This document shows, piece after piece, positions 56,201 to 64,000 of a DNA stretch of 64,000 nucleotides. The notes beneath the pieces were generated by a model. The model did not search any database, was not told where the DNA came from, and saw nothing but the letters and a program-made list of their open reading frames with translations. Location: NCBI GenBank assembly GCA_964057225.1, contig OZ059900.1:7502001-7566000 (forward strand), in the 5' to 3' direction. The DNA is from Auanema rhodensis. Taxonomy: Eukaryota; Animalia; Nematoda. Position 1 is the first letter of the stretch. Every line of letters starts with the position of its first letter. The translations under genes were made by a program, and so were the position numbers.

Positions 56201-59200
56201 AATGTTCATATAGGTGTATTTTGCACGAATATCAAAACTGATTGAAATATGGGCCTTTTTATGTTCAAAACGCCATATATTCAACGATTTTGGGTACAAA
56301 ACATGTGAAAACTGTATGTTTTGATCAGACCCTTTGAGATATGGATTTGAAATTCAGGATTCATAAACTTCGACTATTTCTACATATATATGTCCAATTT
56401 TAACCACTTTGGTCAAAAAGGACCGAAAATATCAAGAATTATTGGTTTTTTGGGGTTTGAAGGGCATTTTGGCAAAATCAGTCAAACTTTTGATCTTAAG
56501 CATATTTTTTTCTTCTAAAACGACTAAATGTATGAAATACTGTCAAAGAATGTTCATATAGGTGTATTTTGCACGAATATCAAAACTGATTGAAATATGG
56601 GCCTTTTTATGCTCAAAACGCCATATATTCAACGATTTTGGGTACAAAACATGTGAAAACTGTATGTTTTGATCAGACCCTTTGAGATATGGATTTAAAA
56701 TTCAGGATTCATAAAATTCGACTAGTTTTACATATATATGTCCAATTTTAACCACTTTGGTCAAAAAGGACCGAAAATATCAAGAATTATTGGTTTTTTG
56801 GGGTTTGAAGGGCATTTTGGCAAAATCAGTCAAACTTTTGATCTTAAGCATATTTTTTTCTTCTAAAACGACTAAATGTATGAAATACTGTCATAGAATG
56901 TTCATATAGGTGTATTTTGCACGAATATCAAAACTGATTGAAATATGGGCCTTTTTATGCTCAAAACGCCATATATTCAACGATTTTGCGTACAAAACAT
57001 GTGAAAACTGTATGTTTTGATCAGACCCTTTGAGATATGGATTTGAAATTAGGGATTCATAAACTTCGACTATTTCTACATATATATGTCCAATTTTAAC
57101 CACTTTGGTCAAAAAGGACCGAAAATATCAAGAATTATTGGTTTTTTGGGGTTTGAAGGGCATTTTGGCAAAATCAGTCAAACTTTTGATCTTAAGCATA
57201 TTTTTTTCTTCTAAAACGACTAAATGTATGAAATACTATCAAAGAATGTTCATATAGGTGTATTTTGCACGAATATCAAAACTGATTGAAATATGGGCCT
57301 TTTTATGCTCAAAACGCCATATATTCAGCGATTTTGGGTACAAAACATGTGAAAACTGTATGTTTTGATCAGACCCTTTGAGATATGGATTTGAAATTCA
57401 GGATTCATAAACTTCGACTATTTCTACATATATATGTCCAATTTTAACCACTTTGGTCAAAAAGGACCGAAAATATCAAGAATTATTGGTTTTTTGGGGT
57501 TTGAAGGGCATTTTGGCAAAATCAGTCAAACTTTTGATCTTAAGCATATTTTTTTCTTCTAAAACGACTAAATGTATGAAATACTGTCAAAGAATGTTCA
57601 TATAGGTGTATTTTGCACGAATATCAAAACTGATTGAAATATGGGCCTTTTTATGCTCAAAACGCCATATATTCAACGATTTTGGGTACAAAACATGTGA
57701 AAACTGTATGTTTTGATCAGACCCTTTGAGATATGGATTTGAAATTCAGGATTCATAAACTTTGACTCTTTTTACATATATATGTCCACTTTTAACCACT
57801 TTGGTCAAAAAGGACCGAAAATATCAAGAATTATTGGTTTTTTGGGGTTTGAAGGGCATTTTGGCAAAATCAGTCAAACTTTTGATCTTAAGCATATTTT
57901 TTTCTTCTAAAACGACTAAATGTATGAAATACTGTCAAAGAATGTTCATATAGGTGTATTTTGCACGAATATCAAAACTGATTGAAATATGGGCCTTTTT
58001 ATGCTCAAAACGCCATATATTCAACGATTTTGGGTACAAAACATGTGAAAACTGTATGTTTTGATCAGACCCTTTGAGATATGGATTTGAAATTCAGGAT
58101 TCATAAACTTTGACTCTTTTTACATATATATGTCCACTTTTAACCACTTTGGTCAAAAAGGACCGAAAATATCAAGAATTATTGGTTTTTTGGGGTTTGA
58201 AGGGCATTTTGGCAAAATCAGTCAAACTTTTGATCTTAAGCATATTTTTTTCTTCTAAAACGACTAAATGTATGAAATACTGTCAAAGAATGTTCATATA
58301 GGTGTATTTTGCACGAATATCAAAACTGATTGAAATATGGGCCTTTTTATGCTCAAAACGCCATATATTCAACGATTTTGGGTACAAAACATGTGAAAAC
58401 TGTATGTTTTGATCAGACCCTTTGAGATATGGATTTGAAATTCAGGATTCATAAACTTTGACTATTTTTACATATATATGTTCAATTTTAACCACTTTGG
58501 TCAAAAAGGACCGAAAATATCAAGAATTATTGGTTTTTTGGGGATTGAAGGGCATTTTGGCAAAATCAGTCAAACTTTTGATCTTAAGCATATTTTTTTC
58601 TTCTAAAACGACTAAATGTATGAAATACTGTCATAGAATGTTCATATAGGTGTATTTTGCACGAATATCAAAACTGATTGAAATATGGGCCTTTTTATGT
58701 TCAAAACGCCATATATTCAACGATTTTGGGTACAAAACATGTGAAAACTGTATGTTTTGATCAGACCCTTTGAGATATGGATTTGAAATTCAGGATTCAT
58801 AAACTTCGACTATTTCTACATATATATGTCCAATTTTAACCACTTTGGTCAAAAAGGACCGAAAATATCAAGAATTATTGGTTTTTTGGGGTTTGAAGGG
58901 CATTTTGGCAAAATCAGTCAAACTTTTGATCTTAAGCATATTTTTTTCTTCTAAAACGACTAAATGTATGAAATACTGTCAAAGAATGTTCATATAGGTG
59001 TATTTTGCACGAATATCAAAACTGATTGAAATATGGGCCTTTTTATGCTCAAAACGCCATATATTCAACGATTTTGGGTACAAAACATGTGAAAACTGTA
59101 TGTTTTGATCAGACCCTTTGAGATATGGATTTAAAATTCAGGATTCATAAAATTCGACTATTTTTACATATATATGTCCAATTTTAACCACTTTGGTCAA

Positions 59201-62200
59201 AAAGGACCGAAAATATCAAGAATTATTGGTTTTTTGGGGTTTGAAGGGCATTTTGGCAAAATCAGTCAAACTTTTGATCTTAAGCATATTTTTTTCTTCT
59301 AAAACGACTAAATGTATGAAATACTGTCAAAGAATGTTCATATAGGTGTATTTTGCACGAATATCAAAACTGATTGAAATATGGGCCTTTTTATGCTCAA
59401 AACGCCATATATTCAACGATTTTGGGTACAAAACATGTGAAAACTGTATGTTTTGATCAGACCCTTTGAGATATGGATTTAAAATTCAGGATTCATAAAA
59501 TTCGACTATTTTTACATATATATGTCCAATTTTAACCACTTTGGTCAAAAAGGACCGAAAATATCAAGAATTATTGGTTTTTTGGGGTTTGAAGGGCATT
59601 TTGGCAAAATCAGTCAAACTTTTGATCTTAAGCATATTTTTTTCTTCTAAAACGACTAAATGTATGAAATACTGTCATAGAATGTTCATATAGGTGTATT
59701 TTGCACGAATATCAAAACTGATTGAAATATGGGCCTTTTTATGCTCAAAACGCCATATATTCAACGATTTTGCGTACAAAACATGTGAAAACTGTATGTT
59801 TTGATCAGACCCTTTGAGATATGGATTTGAAATTAGGGATTCATAAACTTCGACTATTTCTACATATATATGTCCAATTTTAACCACTTTGGTCAAAAAG
59901 GACCGAAAATATCAAGAATTATTGGTTTTTTGGGGTTTGAAGGGCATTTTGGCAAAATCAGTCAAACTTTTGATCTTAAGCATATTTTTTTCTTCTAAAA
60001 CGACTAAATGTATGAAATACTATCAAAGAATGTTCATATAGGTGTATTTTGCACGAATATCAAAACTGATTGAAATATGGACCTTTTTATGCTCAAAACG
60101 CCATATATTCAGCGATTTTGGGTACAAAACATGTGAAAACTGTATGTTTTGATCAGACCCTTTGAGATATGGATTTGAAATTCAGGATTCATAAACTTCG
60201 ACTATTTCTACATATATATGTCCAATTTTAACCACTTTGGTCAAAAAGGACCGAAAATATCAAGAATTATTGGTTTTTTGGGGTTTGAAGGGCATTTTGG
60301 CAAAATCAGTCAAACTTTTGATCTTAAGCATATTTTTTTCTTCTAAAACGACTAAATGTATGAAATACTGTCAAAGAATGTTCATATAGGTGTATTTTGC
60401 ACGAATATCAAAACTGATTGAAATATGGGCCTTTTTATGCTCAAAACGCCATATATTCAACGATTTTGGGTACAAAACATGTGAAAACTGTATGTTTTGA
60501 TCAGACCCTTTGAGATATGGATTTGAAATTCAGGATTCATAAACTTTGACTCTTTTTACATATATATGTCCACTTTTAACCACTTTGGTCAAAAAGGACC
60601 GAAAATATCAAGAATTATTGGTTTTTTGGGGTTTGAAGGGCATTTTGGCAAAATCAGTCAAACTTTTGATCTTAAGCATATTTTTTTCTTCTAAAACGAC
60701 TAAATGTATGAAATACTGTCAAAGAATGTTCATATAGGTGTATTTTGCACGAATATCAAAACTGATTGAAATATGGGCCTTTTTATGCTCAAAACGCCAT
60801 ATATTCAACGATTTTGGGTACAAAACATGTGAAAACTGTATGTTTTGATCAGACCCTTTGAGATATGGATTTGAAATTCAGGATTCATAAACTTTGACTA
60901 TTTTTACATATATATGTTCAATTTTAACCACTTTGGTCAAAAAGGACCGAAAATATCAAGAATTATTGGTTTTTTGGGGATTGAAGGGCATTTTGGCAAA
61001 ATCAGTCAAACTTTTGATCTTAAGCATATTTTTTTCTTCTAAAACGACTAAATGTATGAAATACTGTCATAGAATGTTCATATAGGTGTATTTTGCACGA
61101 ATATCAAAACTGATTGAAATATGGGCCTTTTTATGCTCAAAACGCCATATATTCAACGATTTTGGGTACAAAACATGTGAAAACTGTATGTTTTGATCAG
61201 ACCCTTTGAGATATGGATTTGAAATTCAGGATTCATAAACTTCGACTATTTCTACATATATATGTCCAATTTTAACCACTTTGGTCAAAAAGGACCGAAA
61301 ATATCAAGAATTATTGGTTTTTTGGGGTTTGAAGGGCATTTTGGCAAAATCAGTCAAACTTTTGATCTTAAGCATATTTTTTTCTTCTAAAACGACTAAA
61401 TGTATGAAATACTGTCATAGAATGTTCATATAGGTGTATTTTGCACGAATATCAAAACTGATTGAAATATGGGCCTTTTTATGCTCAAAACGCCATATAT
61501 TCAACGATTTTGGGTACAAAACATGTGAAAACTGTATGTTTTGATCAGACCCTTTGAGATATGGATTTGAAATTCAGGATTCATAAACTTTGACTCTTTT
61601 TACATATATATGTCCACTTTTAACCACTTTGGTCAAAAAGGACCGAAAATATCAAGAATTATTGGTTTTTTGGGGTTTGAAGGGCATTTTGGCAAAATCA
61701 GTCAAACTTTTGATCTTAAGCATATTTTTTTCTTCTAAAACGACTAAATGTATGAAATACTGTCAAAGAATGTTCATATAGGTGTATTTTGCACGAATAT
61801 CAAAACTGATTGAAATATGGGCCTTTTTATGCTCAAAACGCCATATATTCAACGATTTTGGGTACAAAACATGTGAAAACTGTATGTTTTGATCAGACCC
61901 TTTGAGATATGGATTTGAAATTCAGGATTCATAAACTTTGACTATTTTTACATATATATGTTCAATTTTAACCACTTTGGTCAAAAAGGACCGAAAATAT
62001 CAAGAATTATTGGTTTTTTGGGGATTGAAGGGCATTTTGGCAAAATCAGTCAAACTTTTGATCTTAAGCATATTTTTTTCTTCTAAAACGACTAAATGTA
62101 TGAAATACTGTCATAGAATGTTCATATAGGTGTATTTTGCACGAATATCAAAACTGATTGAAATATGGGCCTTTTTATGCTCAAAACGCCATATATTCAA

Positions 62201-64000
62201 CGATTTTGGGTACAAAACATGTGAAAACTGTATGTTTTGATCAGACCCTTTGAGATATGGATTTGAAATTCAGGATTCATAAACTTTGACTATTTTTACA
62301 TATATATGTTCAATTTTAACCACTTTGGTCAAAAAGGACCGAAAATATCAAGAATTATTGGTTTTTTGGGGATTGAAGGGCATTTTGGCAAAATCAGTCA
62401 AACTTTTGATCTTAAGCATATTTTTTTCTTCTAAAACGACTAAATGTATGAAATACTGTCATAGAATGTTCATATAGGTGTATTTTGCACGAATATCAAA
62501 ACTGATTGAAATATGGGCCTTTTTATGCTCAAAACGCCATATATTCAACGATTTTGGGTACAAAACATGTGAAAACTGTATGTTTTGATCAGACCCTTTG
62601 AGATATGGATTTGAAATTCAGGATTCATAAACTTCGACTATTTCTACATATATATGTCCAATTTTAACCACTTTGGTCAAAAAGGACCGAAAATATCGAG
62701 AATTATTGGTTTTTTGGGGTTTGAAGGGCATTTTGGCAAAATCAGTCAAACTTTTGATCTTAAGCATATTTTTTTCTTCTAAAACGACTAAATGTATGAA
62801 ATACTGTCGAATAATGTTCATATAGGTGTATTTTGCACGAATATCAAAACTGATTGAAATATGGGCCTTTTTATGCTCAAAACGCCATATATTCAACGAT
62901 TTTGGGTACAAAACATGTGAAAACTGTATGTTTTGATCAGACCCTTTGAGATATGGATTTAAAATTCAGGATTCATAAAATTCGACTATTTTTACATATA
63001 TATGTCCAATTTTAACCACTTTGGTCAAAAAGGACCGAAAATATCAAGAATTATTGGTTTTTTGGGGTTTGAAGGGCATTTTGGCAAAATCAGTCAAACT
63101 TTTGATCTTAAGCATATTTTTTTCTTCTAAAACGACTAAATGTATGAAATACTGTCATAGAATGTTCATATAGGTGTATTTTGCACGAATATCAAAACTG
63201 ATTGAAATATGGGCCTTTTTATGCTCAAAACGCCATATATTCAACGATTTTGGGTACAAAACATGTGAAAACTGTATGTTTTGATCAGACCCTTTGAGAT
63301 ATGGATTTGAAATTCAGGATTCATAAACTTCGACTATTTCTACATATATATGTCCAATTTTAACCACTTTGGTCAAAAAGGACCGAAAATATCAAGAATT
63401 ATTGGTTTTTTGGGGTTTGAAGGACATTTTGGCTAAATCAGTCAAACTTTTGATCTTAAGCATATTTTTTTCTTCTAAAACGACTAAATGTATGAAATAC
63501 TGTCATAGAATGTTCATATAGGTGTATTTTGCACGAATATCGAAACTGATTGAAATATGGGCCTTTTTATGTTCAAAACGCCATATATTCAACGATTTTG
63601 GGTACAAAACATGTGAAAACTGTATGTTTTGATCAGACCCTTTGAGATATGGATTTGAAATTCAGGATTCATAAACTTCGACTATTTCTACATATATATG
63701 TCCAATTTTAACCACTTTGGTCAAAAAGGACCGAAAATATCAAGAATTATTGGTTTTTTGGGGTTTGAAGGGCATTTTGGCAAAATCAGTCAAACTTTTG
63801 ATCTTAAGCATATTTTTTTCTTCTAAAACGACTAAATGTATGAAATACTGTCAAAGAATGTTCATATAGGTGTATTTTGCACGAATATCAAAACTGATTG
63901 AAATATGGGCCTTTTTATGCTCAAAACGCCATATATTCAACGATTTTGGGTACAAAACATGTGAAAACTGTATGTTTTGATCAGACCCTTTGAGATATGG
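53241..64000 (+). repeat. Subfamily domain C: mosaic of A-like (TTG junction, GGGATT) and B-like (TAGGG/CAGCGA) monomers plus a private ACTCTTT/CCACTT variant
   Basis: ACTCTTT+CCACTT monomers occur at 53589, 57765, 58113, 60549 and 61593. B-type TAGGG monomers occur at ORF-track positions 55151, 56891 and 59675 (spacings 1740 and 2784). Confidence 0.8.

Larger units (their letters stand above)
1..64000 (+). repeat. Tandem satellite DNA array, 348-bp monomer, ~184 head-to-tail copies (183 full + 320-bp partial); likely centromeric/pericentromeric heterochromatic satellite of a eukaryote
   Basis: The same 348-bp unit (ACTATTTTTACATATATATG...CAGGATTCATAAACTTTG/CG) recurs at 1, 349, 697, 1741, 3481, 5221 and so on to 63681 (=1+183x348-4). 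ORF-track spacing is a multiple of 348 except for four -1 shifts. No unique sequence occurs anywhere and the array runs off both window ends. The satellite call is direct; the centromeric role is inference from length (~2x174), AT content and homogeneity. Confidence 0.98.

Noticed and set aside
36707-59896. 73-aa minus-strand ORFs, suggesting a second gene or an inversion of the array
   Set aside because: The + strand sequence keeps the same orientation throughout. The ORF appears only where the CA>AG variant removes a minus-strand TGA, and it also uses a TTG start.
346-62477. Repeated 63-aa + strand ORF (MTIFTYIC...HRMFI) as a tandem gene family or secreted peptide array
   Set aside because: It starts at TTG rather than ATG, and that codon is the polymorphic junction base (TCG in about half the copies, including 51 in a row). 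It has no recognisable domain, variants are freely non-synonymous, and frameshift and nonsense copies exist (e.g. ~35285, 27897). It recurs only because the DNA repeats.
62618-62911. 97-aa minus-strand ORF
   Set aside because: It is a single-copy read-through created by the private substitution at ~62809, which removes a minus-strand stop codon. Nothing suggests coding function.
1-64000. CRISPR array, integron-like cassette array, or variant pattern as an information-encoding/diversifying system
   Set aside because: There are no unique spacers or cassettes and no cas or recombinase genes. Monomers are near-identical over their full length, and the SNV order is explained by nested segmental duplication.
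1-64000. Pure assembly artefact (one unit copied many times)
   Set aside because: Linked variant haplotypes, nested sub-lineages and chimeric monomers indicate real evolutionary structure. Exact copy numbers of individual HORs still need long-read validation.

Overview
The entire 64-kb window is one uninterrupted head-to-tail array of an AT-rich 348-bp satellite (monomer 1 is about 30% GC by hand count, 106/348). It contains 183 complete monomers plus a 320-bp partial copy (63681-64000), all on the same strand. Copies differ from the consensus by only a few substitutions, and there are only four 1-bp net deletions in the whole window. I found no genes, RNA genes, transposon insertions or CRISPR spacers. 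The ~100 small ORFs in the track are artefacts of the repeat: TTG starts, and a monomer length divisible by 3. The array looks like the homogenised interior of a eukaryotic centromeric or heterochromatic satellite; this is inference, and the organism and family are not identified. The real structure is in the variants. There are three subfamily domains (about 0-27.8 kb, 35.5-53.2 kb and 53.2-64 kb) and a more diverged transition zone. Nested higher-order duplications have periods of 3, 5, 6, 8, 9, 11, 16, 27 and ~59 monomers, and some monomers are chimeric. The monomer itself appears to be a degenerate ~174-bp dimer with helically phased A/T tracts and many dyad symmetries. I see no evidence for a novel gene-based system.
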